IMG/VR virus record: IMGVR_UViG_3300028888_000052
Length of the DNA stretch: 64,000 nucleotides
Origin: a virus
Lineage: Duplodnaviria; Caudoviricetes
Direction: 5' to 3' (one strand)
Shown here: positions 40,225 to 48,919 of the stretch, piece after piece
How the letters are laid out: the number at the start of each line of letters is the position of its first letter
Numbering within the stretch: position 1 is the first letter of the stretch
Translations under genes and position numbers: made by a program
The notes under the pieces: generated by a model
What the model was told of the DNA's origin: nothing
The model's input: only the letters and a program-made list of their open reading frames with translations
Databases searched by the model: none

Positions 40225-40431
40225 ATGAGAAGTTTAACACAAATTATTCAAGAAGCTGCTGAAGGTAGAGAAACATTTGAAGTAGTTTTACCTGATGGAT
40301 TAATGGATAGTTTTTATTATTCTGAAGAAGAAGCACAAAAACGAATTGATGAATTAGTAAAAGCAAATTCTGATGAACATTTCAAACCTACTATCAAAAA
40401 AGGAAACGATAAAGATTATGTTAAAAAATAA
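40225..40431 (+). CDS. Putative internal head protein (MRSLTQIIQE)
   Basis: Leader motif. Confidence 0.6.
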   Translation: MRSLTQIIQEAAEGRETFEVVLPDGLMDSFYYSEEEAQKRIDELVKANSDEHFKPTIKKGNDKDYVKK

Positions 40432-40432
40432 A

Positions 40433-40460
40433 AATTAGAGCTGTTAATTCAGCTCTAATT
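40433..40460. terminator. Bidirectional terminator
   Basis: aattagagctg-ttaatt-cagctctaatt between convergent genes. Confidence 0.8.
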
Positions 40461-41427
40461 CTTTTTTAAAATATTCTATTGTTTTTAATAATCCTTCTTT
40501 TAATTGAATTTTCGGTTTATAACCAAACATACAAAATGCTTTAGCAATATCAGCTTTACGTTGAATAGGATCATCTTTAGGTAATTCTTTATAGATGATT
40601 TTTGATTTATTAGGAATTAATTCTAATACTAATTGAGCTAATTCATTTATAGTAAACTCATTTGGATTACCAATATTTACAGGTCCCATTTCATTATCAA
40701 TTTCCATAAAATCAATTATTCCTTCTATTAAATCATCTATATATTGAAATGACCTTGTTTGATGACCATCACCATAAATAGTTATATCTTTATTTTGTAA
40801 AGCTTGACATATAAAATTTGAAATAACTCTTCCATCATTAGGATCCATGTAAGGACCATAAGTATTGAATATTCTTATAATTTTTGTTTGGACTCCTAAT
40901 TTATTCCATTCATATAAAATAGTTTCGGCAATACGTTTTCCTTCATCATAACATGATCTCGGCCCTAATATATTAACATTACCATTATAATGTTCATTTT
41001 GTGGGTGATGTAATAAATCTGGATTACCGTATACTTCTGATGTTGAAGCATGTAATATTTTACATTGATATCTTTGAGCCACTTTACAAATATTATCTAC
41101 AGCTAATGATACTTTAATTGTGTGTAAAGGATTTTGCATATATTTAGGTGGAGATGCCGGACAAGCTAGATTATAAATTTCATCAACCTTATTATCTAAC
41201 ATTTCGTCTACTAATTCATATATTGTCTTTTCAAAAAAAGATTGGTTTGTAATATCAACAATATAAAAATGATAATTTGGTAATTTTATAAAATTATATA
41301 TATTAGTATTTCTACCAGTTGAAAAATCATCTATACATAATATTTTACAATTACCAATTTCTAATAGTTTCTTAGTTAAGTTTGTACCTATAAACCCCGC
41401 GCCACCAAATATTATTATTGATTTCAT
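40444..41427 (-). CDS. uxs: UDP-glucuronate decarboxylase (UDP-xylose synthase), extended SDR
   Basis: GGAGFIG, YNLACPASP, ASTSEVYG, GPRSCYDEGKR, RIFNTYGP, DGRVISNFI, QTRSFQYIDD, DDPIQRK. Confidence 0.92.
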   Translation of the reverse strand: MKSIIIFGGAGFIGTNLTKKLLEIGNCKILCIDDFSTGRNTNIYNFIKLPNYHFYIVDITNQSFFEKTIYELVDEMLDNKVDEIYNLACPASPPKYMQNPLHTIKVSLAVDNICKVAQRYQCKILHASTSEVYGNPDLLHHPQNEHYNGNVNILGPRSCYDEGKRIAETILYEWNKLGVQTKIIRIFNTYGPYMDPNDGRVISNFICQALQNKDITIYGDGHQTRSFQYIDDLIEGIIDFMEIDNEMGPVNIGNPNEFTINELAQLVLELIPNKSKIIYKELPKDDPIQRKADIAKAFCMFGYKPKIQLKEGLLKTIEYFKKELELN

Positions 41428-41633
41428 TTAATTAAAATATGTTAAATACTATTTTAATAAAAATAATTTATTATTGGTAAATTTTCTGCATATATACCAA
41501 TATTTAGTGTTTAACTTAGAAGAATTACTTATATAAAATATAATAATGCAGATTTGGTTATAGTTTATATAAGATTAGTTCACGAATAACAGTAGTTGTT
41601 CATTTTAAATATACCTAATTTAAACATATAAAA

Positions 41634-42065
41634 ATGAAGAATTTTGATTATTTAACAAAAGAGTTGATTGATACTCTTAGTTTTACTACTATGAATCAGG
41701 ATCGTGAAGCATATTCTGATGTAAATATTAATGGTCGTAATTATGCAATGTTTGGAACTTTGCAAGCTATTACTTTTGTTGGTTTAGTATATGAAGATGC
41801 ATTTGGTAATAAAATAATGCATGTTGGTATTTCAAAACAACACCCAAATGACTCTAAATGTAATAAGCAAATAGCTTATGAAAAAGCCACATTAAAGGCT
41901 ATGGATAACCCAGACATGGTATTTAATACCGTACCAGATAATGTTACAATGTTTAATTTCCGCCACATGATGATGGCTTATTATGATGCTATGGAAGTAC
42001 AATTTATTCGTACTAAGAAGGAAATTGAACTTATGGGAGATGATCCTAAAAAATATAATCGTTAA
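41634..42065 (+). CDS. Conserved phage-type hypothetical protein
   Basis: GISKQHPND..NKQIAY..A pattern. Confidence 0.65.
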   Translation: MKNFDYLTKELIDTLSFTTMNQDREAYSDVNINGRNYAMFGTLQAITFVGLVYEDAFGNKIMHVGISKQHPNDSKCNKQIAYEKATLKAMDNPDMVFNTVPDNVTMFNFRHMMMAYYDAMEVQFIRTKKEIELMGDDPKKYNR

Positions 42066-42071
42066 AAAATA

Positions 42072-42659
42072 ATGGATGAAAATTTAATACATAAATTCGG
42101 TTATGCCGAAATGTATGAATGGGCTAATCCAGAAATGCCTTATGTAGGTAGATTTGTACAATTTAATGGTACTGACAAAATTGAATTATGTAATGATCCA
42201 TATCAAGTTATAGGAGTTACTACAGTTAATAGAGTAGCTCTTTCTGATAACCCAGATGAATGGCCTCATAAATTTATGGGTAATGAGTTTGGAGATACAT
42301 ATGTTCAAAATAAACATGTTGCTAGGGCTGAAAAATTTAAAGATGAACAAGATAATTTTGAGTTTATAAGAACTTTTGAATCATTTGAAAGTAATCCATT
42401 ATTAAGCGAAAATTATAATCAATCTTTAAGTCCTTATGTATCAAGACTTTATAGACAAGAATGGCAACCAGTAACTATTTTAGGAAAATGTATTGTTGAA
42501 GATGATGGAACATTACAACCGGGTATGTATTGTACAGTATATGATGGAGAAGACCAATCCAAGTTTGGTATAGCTATTAAAGCACATAGAGATAGTCAAA
42601 TAAAATATTATGTCATCTCTCGTTATTCTGAAAAAACATGTTTAATCTTATTTAAATGA
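42072..42659 (+). CDS. Stand-alone peptidase G2 / intramolecular-chaperone-like domain
   Basis: YAEMYEW, IGV, EWQPV..LGK..V.DDGT..PG.YC motifs. Confidence 0.75.
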   Translation: MDENLIHKFGYAEMYEWANPEMPYVGRFVQFNGTDKIELCNDPYQVIGVTTVNRVALSDNPDEWPHKFMGNEFGDTYVQNKHVARAEKFKDEQDNFEFIRTFESFESNPLLSENYNQSLSPYVSRLYRQEWQPVTILGKCIVEDDGTLQPGMYCTVYDGEDQSKFGIAIKAHRDSQIKYYVISRYSEKTCLILFK

Positions 42660-43615
42660 AACATAAGTTAAGTATAATTACAACATATTATAATGCTCAA
42701 GACTACATTATAGATAGTATTAGTAGCGTTAATAATCAACAATTTGACCCGGAATTTGTTGAAGTAGAATATGTGTTGGTAAATGACCATACACCAGATC
42801 ATACTGAAGATATAATTAGAGATTATCTTTATCATCAATCTAATCCAAATATCAATTTTAATATGGTAACTACTCCACAAAATTTAGGTTGTGGTGGTGC
42901 AAGAAAATTTGGTATTGATAATGCTTCAGGTGATTATTTGATGTTCTTAGATGCGGATGATTTTTATATTAATGATGATTTTATAAATAGAGCTATTCAT
43001 GATATTGTAGAAAATGATTGTGATTTAGTCGAATATGGATTATTGATGAATTATAAAAATCGTGGTCCTCGAGAAATGAAAGTTTCTGAAAAAATTGTAG
43101 CTGAAAATGACGGAGAAAATTTTGAAGTAATGCTTTTTAAAGAAAACAAGATTAAATTCTTTGTTTGGACTAAGATATTGAAAAAGTCATTATCACAAAC
43201 ATATCCTTATTCAACTAAAAGAACATATGAAGATGTAGAAACTATTCCAGTTTGGTTATCACATGCCAAGAAAATAGTTATTATGCCTTCTATGGAAATT
43301 AATTATAGAGCTACGGAAAATTCTATCATTCGTAATAATATTCTAACAACTAGATTAGATACTATTGGAACTATGATAGAACATTTTGAAAGATTTAAGG
43401 ATAATAGAAATATCTTAAAAGCCATTTATATTAGAGCTTCATTAGATCTTAAAGCTGTTTTATTAAATGGCCATACAAGTGAAGATCCTGGATTTAATCA
43501 AATGTCTAAATATAATACTTATATGTTAAGTTATATTTATCCTGAAAAATATAAAGACTATACATATAATATTGATGTAGAGGAACAAATCCAAAAACAA
43601 TTGATAGAGGAGTAA
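42656..43615 (+). CDS. Glycosyltransferase family 2
   Basis: SIITTYYN, VNDHTPD, N.G.GGAR..GI..ASGDYLMFLDADD, WTKI, YED. Confidence 0.92.
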   Translation: MKHKLSIITTYYNAQDYIIDSISSVNNQQFDPEFVEVEYVLVNDHTPDHTEDIIRDYLYHQSNPNINFNMVTTPQNLGCGGARKFGIDNASGDYLMFLDADDFYINDDFINRAIHDIVENDCDLVEYGLLMNYKNRGPREMKVSEKIVAENDGENFEVMLFKENKIKFFVWTKILKKSLSQTYPYSTKRTYEDVETIPVWLSHAKKIVIMPSMEINYRATENSIIRNNILTTRLDTIGTMIEHFERFKDNRNILKAIYIRASLDLKAVLLNGHTSEDPGFNQMSKYNTYMLSYIYPEKYKDYTYNIDVEEQIQKQLIEE

Positions 43616-43630
43616 TTAAATTACTCCTTT
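43608..43630 (+). terminator. Probable terminator
   Basis: ggagtaat-taa-attactcc followed by T residues. Confidence 0.6.
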
Positions 43631-43672
43631 ATTTGTCTATTTTAGAATATAAATATATGTTAATAAATATTA

Positions 43673-44446
43673 ATGAAGTGTTATAATGCATTTGGCATAA
43701 AGCCTACAAACTCATTTACATCAGCAGGTTCTGATTATTATATTCCAAATTTAACAACACCAACTCAAATACAAAGAGCTTATAAAGCATTTGAAAAATC
43801 TTATAACAAAACTGGTGAAGAAATTAATAGATTAATAAAGAAATTCGAAGCAGTTATTGATGATCAACATCATGCTAATTTACAACATCAAATTCCAAAC
43901 TTGATTCATTTGTATTTGGCATTATATGATCCAAATCTTGAGGAAATAAAGCAACAATCAACTATTCTTGCAATTCATGCATTCATAGATGAATTTGTTA
44001 TTTATGATGAAGAGCAAGATAAGGTTGGTCTTAAGATGTTACTTAATGATACTTTATTTATAAATTCAGGTATTAAAGTTGCATTAGATACAGTTTTATC
44101 AGATAAAAATGACCAAGATGTAGTATCTTTTTTAAGAAAACTTGGTATTGGAGTAGCTGGTTTATATGTTAATAAGTCAGGTAAAGGTAATGCAGGATGG
44201 GATGTTCGTGCATGTCTTGTAGACGAAGATTATGCAGGATTTGTACATCTTTCACAGGCATATACAAAAGAACTTATTGATGAAGGACAAAATATTGTTT
44301 ATTGTGGAGATAAGTTAACACAAATGATGCTTATTCCTGTTTTCCATGATGAATATGTTGATACCGATGAGGATAATTATAATAAAATAATGGCGAATTC
44401 AAAACGAGGAGATAAGGGTTTTGGAAGTCAGGATATTAAACATTAA
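43673..44446 (+). CDS. dut: Trimeric dUTPase with large insertion
   Basis: SAGSD, KSG, LVDEDYAG, GDKLTQ, KRGDKGFGS (motifs I-V). Confidence 0.85.
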   Translation: MKCYNAFGIKPTNSFTSAGSDYYIPNLTTPTQIQRAYKAFEKSYNKTGEEINRLIKKFEAVIDDQHHANLQHQIPNLIHLYLALYDPNLEEIKQQSTILAIHAFIDEFVIYDEEQDKVGLKMLLNDTLFINSGIKVALDTVLSDKNDQDVVSFLRKLGIGVAGLYVNKSGKGNAGWDVRACLVDEDYAGFVHLSQAYTKELIDEGQNIVYCGDKLTQMMLIPVFHDEYVDTDEDNYNKIMANSKRGDKGFGSQDIKH

Positions 44447-44448
44447 TT

Positions 44449-44778
44449 ATGGCCAAAAAGAAAATTTATATATCTTTACCAATTGCATTTCAAGAAGATA
44501 CCGTTTATAAACGTAATGAATGTGCAAAGACGTATTTAGAGATGAAATATCCAAAATATGATTATGTTTCTCCAATAGATGCTAATCATATTGATGATGA
44601 AGCTTTAGGTAATCATTTGGCTATTGAACGTACAGCATATTACATGGGTAAAGATATTGAACAAGTTATTTTATGTGACGCTATACTTATGTGTCCTGGA
44701 TGGGAAAATTCAAAGGGATGTAAAGTAGAAAAGTTTACAGCAGAAACTTATGGAAAAGAAGTTTTATATCTTAAATAA
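44449..44778 (+). CDS. DUF4406 / nucleoside deoxyribosyltransferase-like protein
   Basis: IYISLPI, YMGKDI, CDAILMCPGWENSKGCKVE. Confidence 0.85.
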   Translation: MAKKKIYISLPIAFQEDTVYKRNECAKTYLEMKYPKYDYVSPIDANHIDDEALGNHLAIERTAYYMGKDIEQVILCDAILMCPGWENSKGCKVEKFTAETYGKEVLYLK

Positions 44779-44806
44779 AAAGGAAGTAGCTTAAGCTACT
44801 TCCTTT
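44779..44806. terminator. Bidirectional terminator
   Basis: aaaggaagtagc-ttaa-gctacttccttt. Confidence 0.85.
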
Positions 44807-44808
44807 AT

Positions 44809-45210
44809 TTATTTTCCTACATAAATCATTTCATCAGTAGTTGAATTATCATGTAAAATCTTATCTGTTGCACTAAGTATAAAACCATATTCATCACTTG
44901 AATCAATAAGAACTTTAGCTTTCTTTATTTCATCTTCATAACTATTATACTTGTCATCATCAACAATAGCATAATTCTTGATAATTCTCTTGTTATAATC
45001 ACCATTAATAAGATCATGTTCACCAGCCCTAGTCATGATAATATCAACATCTGTATAATTATGGTCTTTCATCCATTTCTCTATAGCTTCAAAAAAACCA
45101 TCCATATCATTTTCTTGATAATAATTAGGGTCATTAAAATGTAACTTACAAATTTTCTTAAGACCAGTTAATTTTGAACCTTCGAATATAAAATTAGTAA
45201 TGTCTTTCAT
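44809..45210 (-). CDS. Putative internal head protein (MKDITNFIFE)
   Basis: Leader motif. Confidence 0.65.
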   Translation of the reverse strand: MKDITNFIFEGSKLTGLKKICKLHFNDPNYYQENDMDGFFEAIEKWMKDHNYTDVDIIMTRAGEHDLINGDYNKRIIKNYAIVDDDKYNSYEDEIKKAKVLIDSSDEYGFILSATDKILHDNSTTDEMIYVGK

Positions 45211-45226
45211 TGTTTTTATTTATTAT

Positions 45227-46864
45227 TTATTTATCTATTTCGTTATCTGCTATAATATAATCATCCAATGAGATGCTTTCGAGAACTATATCACGTTTCT
45301 TAGCTTCATCTTCAATTTTTTTCATTTCAGCTTCATAACCAAGTTCTTTACAAACTTTATAGTTCATCTTAAGTTTTGCATCAGAACAATTAGAAAGATT
45401 TTGTTTACGAGTACCTTCATGCCATGCTTTCATTTTATCATAAGCAGCTGCATTAGCACCTTTACTCATTTTTGTATCTTTACCACGTTCTTTCTTTTCT
45501 TTTGGTTCTGGGTTTTCAAGTGGTTTTTCAATTGGTTCTGCATCAGGTTCCATGTCACCTTCAACATATGTTTGTACTAATGAAAGAGAATATGTAAACA
45601 GATTTTTCTTTTCATATCCTTCATAGTTGAAATCCATGTCTTTGACTAATTTTTCAAAATTTTTCTTTGCTTCTTCTTTAGCTTGTCCTTTTGTCTTTGA
45701 ATGATTTCCCCAATAACCAGCTGAATCATCATAGATTTTTTCCCAATGATTTTTTACATATTCACTTTGTTTTCTTGCATTTGCTTTATGCCAAGCTTCA
45801 GAAACTTTCTTAAATAATTCAATCATTTTTTCAGATGCTTTATCCTTATAAATTGAAATTGCATCATCAAGTTGCATATCAATATTACCATCAAGAACTT
45901 TTCTATCACCTGTATGTATGATAACAAATTGTTTTTTCTTTGTATCTATAGCTAATGCCCTATATCCATAATCTTTCTTTCCACGCATATACTGTTTATC
46001 ATAAACAAATGCGCCAGATAATCCAGAAAGTGATTTCAAATCTTTAGTCTTGAATACTTCTTGTAATTTATTAAAAAGAACTGGTTCAAGAACGCTCATT
46101 ATTAAAGATCTAAATTCCTTATATCCATTAGAAACAGCATCATTTAATTTCTGGTATTCAGGATTGTTCTTAGTTTCTTCATCCCAAGATTTTAAGTTAT
46201 TTTGCTTAAGCCATGCAGAACGTTTGTCTTCAAGTTCTTTAATTGATGCATTAGTAAGATTCCAATAGCGAACTGTAAATTTGCCATCAATTATATCCCA
46301 TGACAAATGATCAGGTACAGCAACATAACGGGCATCAAACTCATCTTTCTTATTTTGTATCTTTTCAGCCTTTTGGTCATCATAAGCTTTAGCATCCTTA
46401 TCTCCTTTTTCCGCTAATTCTTTGAACTTACCATCTTTGTCATCATATTTACTCCAATATTTAGCAATATAATCTTCAAGATAATAACCTGCTTTGATAT
46501 CAGCAATACAACCAGTATTACTTCCATTAGACATAATAGCTATCCAACCATGAACATGGAAGTCATCTTTACCATTAGCTTTCTTAATAGTTACATAATA
46601 ATCATGTGAGCCACCAGCAATAGCACCAGCATCACCAGCTCTGTCAGAAGTAATAACATCATATACATGACCTTGCTTGTCTTTTATATAGCCATTACCT
46701 GAACCATCAAAATATGAGAACTCATCATCATATCCAGGATCTTTAGTGTCAAACATATCACCACCCCTGAAATGAACAGTCTCTTTACGTTCAGTTCTTT
46801 TATACTTTTTAAGATCAGATGGCTTACCCGATGCTTCAAATATTTTTAATAAAATATCTTTCAT
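45227..46864 (-). CDS. Putative large internal head protein (MKDILLKIFE), Lys-rich
   Basis: Leader motif; further VLE site near the C-terminus. Confidence 0.65.
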   Translation of the reverse strand: MKDILLKIFEASGKPSDLKKYKRTERKETVHFRGGDMFDTKDPGYDDEFSYFDGSGNGYIKDKQGHVYDVITSDRAGDAGAIAGGSHDYYVTIKKANGKDDFHVHGWIAIMSNGSNTGCIADIKAGYYLEDYIAKYWSKYDDKDGKFKELAEKGDKDAKAYDDQKAEKIQNKKDEFDARYVAVPDHLSWDIIDGKFTVRYWNLTNASIKELEDKRSAWLKQNNLKSWDEETKNNPEYQKLNDAVSNGYKEFRSLIMSVLEPVLFNKLQEVFKTKDLKSLSGLSGAFVYDKQYMRGKKDYGYRALAIDTKKKQFVIIHTGDRKVLDGNIDMQLDDAISIYKDKASEKMIELFKKVSEAWHKANARKQSEYVKNHWEKIYDDSAGYWGNHSKTKGQAKEEAKKNFEKLVKDMDFNYEGYEKKNLFTYSLSLVQTYVEGDMEPDAEPIEKPLENPEPKEKKERGKDTKMSKGANAAAYDKMKAWHEGTRKQNLSNCSDAKLKMNYKVCKELGYEAEMKKIEDEAKKRDIVLESISLDDYIIADNEIDK

Positions 46865-46941
46865 AAATTTATAAATTATATATTATCATTTAATAAAAAT
46901 AATTAATTATGATAATTATATATAGAAATTTAATATTAAAA

Positions 46942-47013
46942 TTTATATATTATTTGAATTTTTTATTTTCTTTACTATATTATATTTGTAATTAAAATCA
47001 TAAATATATGAAA
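46942..47013 (+). promoter_or_regulatory. Early promoter/leader cassette, copy 1
   Basis: TTGAAT-N16-TATATT overlapping TATATTTG (Bacteroidota -7 element); 71/72 identical to copy 2. Confidence 0.8.
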
Positions 47014-47415
47014 CATCATTCACCAGCTAGTTATGTTAATAATCATTTTGACCATTATATTAAATGGGCAATATTGAAAATAGCACAGGATAAGAATTTA
47101 ATTAATAATCCAATAAATGTTGATGATTATGTTAAATTTAATAAAGCTTCATTAGAGGACATACAGAAAATGTTTCCTGATATTTACAATGATATTGTTG
47201 AAAATGATAAACCAGTATTTACATTGAAACAAATGATTCGTACTTTTGAGGAAGGTTTTCAGTTAAGTGGATATATGTGTAGAACAAATCAAATGAATCG
47301 ATATGTATTCATGGATGAAGAAGACTATAAAGATTCAAAATACGAAAAAGATTGGGAAAATAAATATAATGACTGTGTAGACAAAGATACAGTAAACAAA
47401 TATAATTGGTTGTAA
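47008..47415 (+). CDS. Hypothetical early protein
   Basis: Directly behind the promoter cassette. Confidence 0.75.
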   Translation: MKHHSPASYVNNHFDHYIKWAILKIAQDKNLINNPINVDDYVKFNKASLEDIQKMFPDIYNDIVENDKPVFTLKQMIRTFEEGFQLSGYMCRTNQMNRYVFMDEEDYKDSKYEKDWENKYNDCVDKDTVNKYNWL

Positions 47416-47417
47416 TT

Positions 47418-47489
47418 TTTATATATTATTTGAATTTTTTATTTTCTTTACTATATTATATTTGTAATTAAAATAATAAATATATGAAA
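47418..47489 (+). promoter_or_regulatory. Early promoter/leader cassette, copy 2
   Basis: Direct repeat of 46942-47013. Confidence 0.8.
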
Positions 47490-47834
47490 AGACCATTCAA
47501 TACTTACACAAACCGAAAAGGACAAACACTTCCAAAATCAGCTACTATTCAAACTAGTCCTGAAATTTTGACATGGCTCAAGGAGAATTTTCATTTTGCT
47601 TGGGCTAATGCAGGAAAGCTTATTGATGAGACTAAACCATATATTCTAATAGGTATAAGTGCTTCACATCAAGGATATGTATATATTTACATTTCCACTT
47701 GTGATGAACACGAAATTTCTATGTATGACCCAAATATGGTGAAAGACTTTACCGATGAGGAAGCATTCAAGAAGTATCTCAATTGGGCCCGTAAATTTCC
47801 AAAGAATCTTGTATATAAAGAATATCAAAAGTAA
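47484..47834 (+). CDS. Hypothetical early protein
   Basis: Directly behind the promoter cassette. Confidence 0.75.
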   Translation: MKRPFNTYTNRKGQTLPKSATIQTSPEILTWLKENFHFAWANAGKLIDETKPYILIGISASHQGYVYIYISTCDEHEISMYDPNMVKDFTDEEAFKKYLNWARKFPKNLVYKEYQK

Positions 47835-47839
47835 ATAAT

Positions 47840-48382
47840 ATGAAAGGAAAAATAATAAGTACAGGAAAAATCATTAATGTAGTTAAGAATGAGGATCCTG
47901 ACGCACATTATTGGGTGAATTCAAAGACTGGTGAAAAATATTATAAAGCTGAGATTGAAATCATAAATAATAAGGAGCATTATAGGATTGTAGAAACAGG
48001 AGAAGGATTTAAAATTCAGAAAAGATTCCTTTGGGTATTTTGGTTGGATTGTGCTGAACCATCAATAGAATTTGACCATGACCTTTGTTATCTTTCTGAT
48101 GATTATTTTACATATTATAATACCTTTGAAGAAGCTATGATGGCTGTTGAAAGGTTAAAGAATATATTTGTTCATTATAAAGGTCATGAACTGATGTATG
48201 CTCTTTATAATAATATTATTTATTGGATTGATACAGATTCTTATAGAAATGGTTTTGATATAACATATTATGATAAATTCTCTACAAACATTGAAGATGT
48301 AAAAAAAGAAATTGATAATATGTATCAAGGAATAGAGGATGAAAAAGTCAAAAAGAAGATTAAAAATATATACTATATTTGA
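47840..48382 (+). CDS. Hypothetical protein
   Basis: Operon spacing. Confidence 0.7.
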   Translation: MKGKIISTGKIINVVKNEDPDAHYWVNSKTGEKYYKAEIEIINNKEHYRIVETGEGFKIQKRFLWVFWLDCAEPSIEFDHDLCYLSDDYFTYYNTFEEAMMAVERLKNIFVHYKGHELMYALYNNIIYWIDTDSYRNGFDITYYDKFSTNIEDVKKEIDNMYQGIEDEKVKKKIKNIYYI

Positions 48383-48416
48383 ATTTTTTATATTTGTTTC
48401 TATATTATATTTGTAA
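48376..48416 (+). promoter_or_regulatory. Early promoter, diverged copy 3
   Basis: TTGAAT-N16-TATATTATATTTGTA. Confidence 0.75.
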
Positions 48417-48430
48417 AACAAATAATAGAT

Positions 48431-48727
48431 ATGGAAAATAAGAAAATGACACTTGATGAAGAGATGAAGCTTTGGGAAGAACGGGCAAATGATGAGTTTG
48501 GTCAGATTCTTACTAAGATCAAGAAAGCTACTAAAGATTATCTATATTCATGGAATGAGATGGGAATCGAATATAATGAACTTTCTGAGCCTATCACTGC
48601 TTATGCTCTTGACGGAAATCGTTTTTATACAGCAACCCGAGTCAAAAACATTCTTTCAGAAATCGATCTCCTTGGCAATCATCGTAATATCAAAAAGTTA
48701 GTTGATGAACTTTTCAAACTTTGCTAA
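48431..48727 (+). CDS. Hypothetical early protein
   Basis: Behind promoter copy 3. Confidence 0.75.
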   Translation: MENKKMTLDEEMKLWEERANDEFGQILTKIKKATKDYLYSWNEMGIEYNELSEPITAYALDGNRFYTATRVKNILSEIDLLGNHRNIKKLVDELFKLC

Positions 48728-48750
48728 TATAATCAAATAAAATATAAATT

Positions 48751-48918
48751 ATGACTGGCAAAAATCTTATTACAAAGGCAACTGGTAACAAATTCTGGGC
48801 AGTAGATATGAAGATGAAAAATTCTCGTGGTAAGAAGACTGCATGGACTAAGGCTGAAGCAAAAAATGCTTCTCGTAAGATTCGTCATAATAATTCTTAT
48901 CTTAAGGAAGTTGCCTAA
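48751..48918 (+). CDS. Small basic protein, 55 aa (not in the ORF track)
   Basis: MTGKNLITKATGNKFWAVDMKMKNSRGKKTAWTKAEAKNASRKIRHNNSYLKEVA; fills the gap exactly. Confidence 0.7.
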   Translation: MTGKNLITKATGNKFWAVDMKMKNSRGKKTAWTKAEAKNASRKIRHNNSYLKEVA

Positions 48919-48919
48919 T

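Noticed and set aside
35824-43655. T4 late promoter TATAAATA before several genes (35824, 36598, 39843, 43648)
   Set aside because: Expected by chance in this AT-rich DNA, sometimes abuts the start codon, and also occurs before non-late genes
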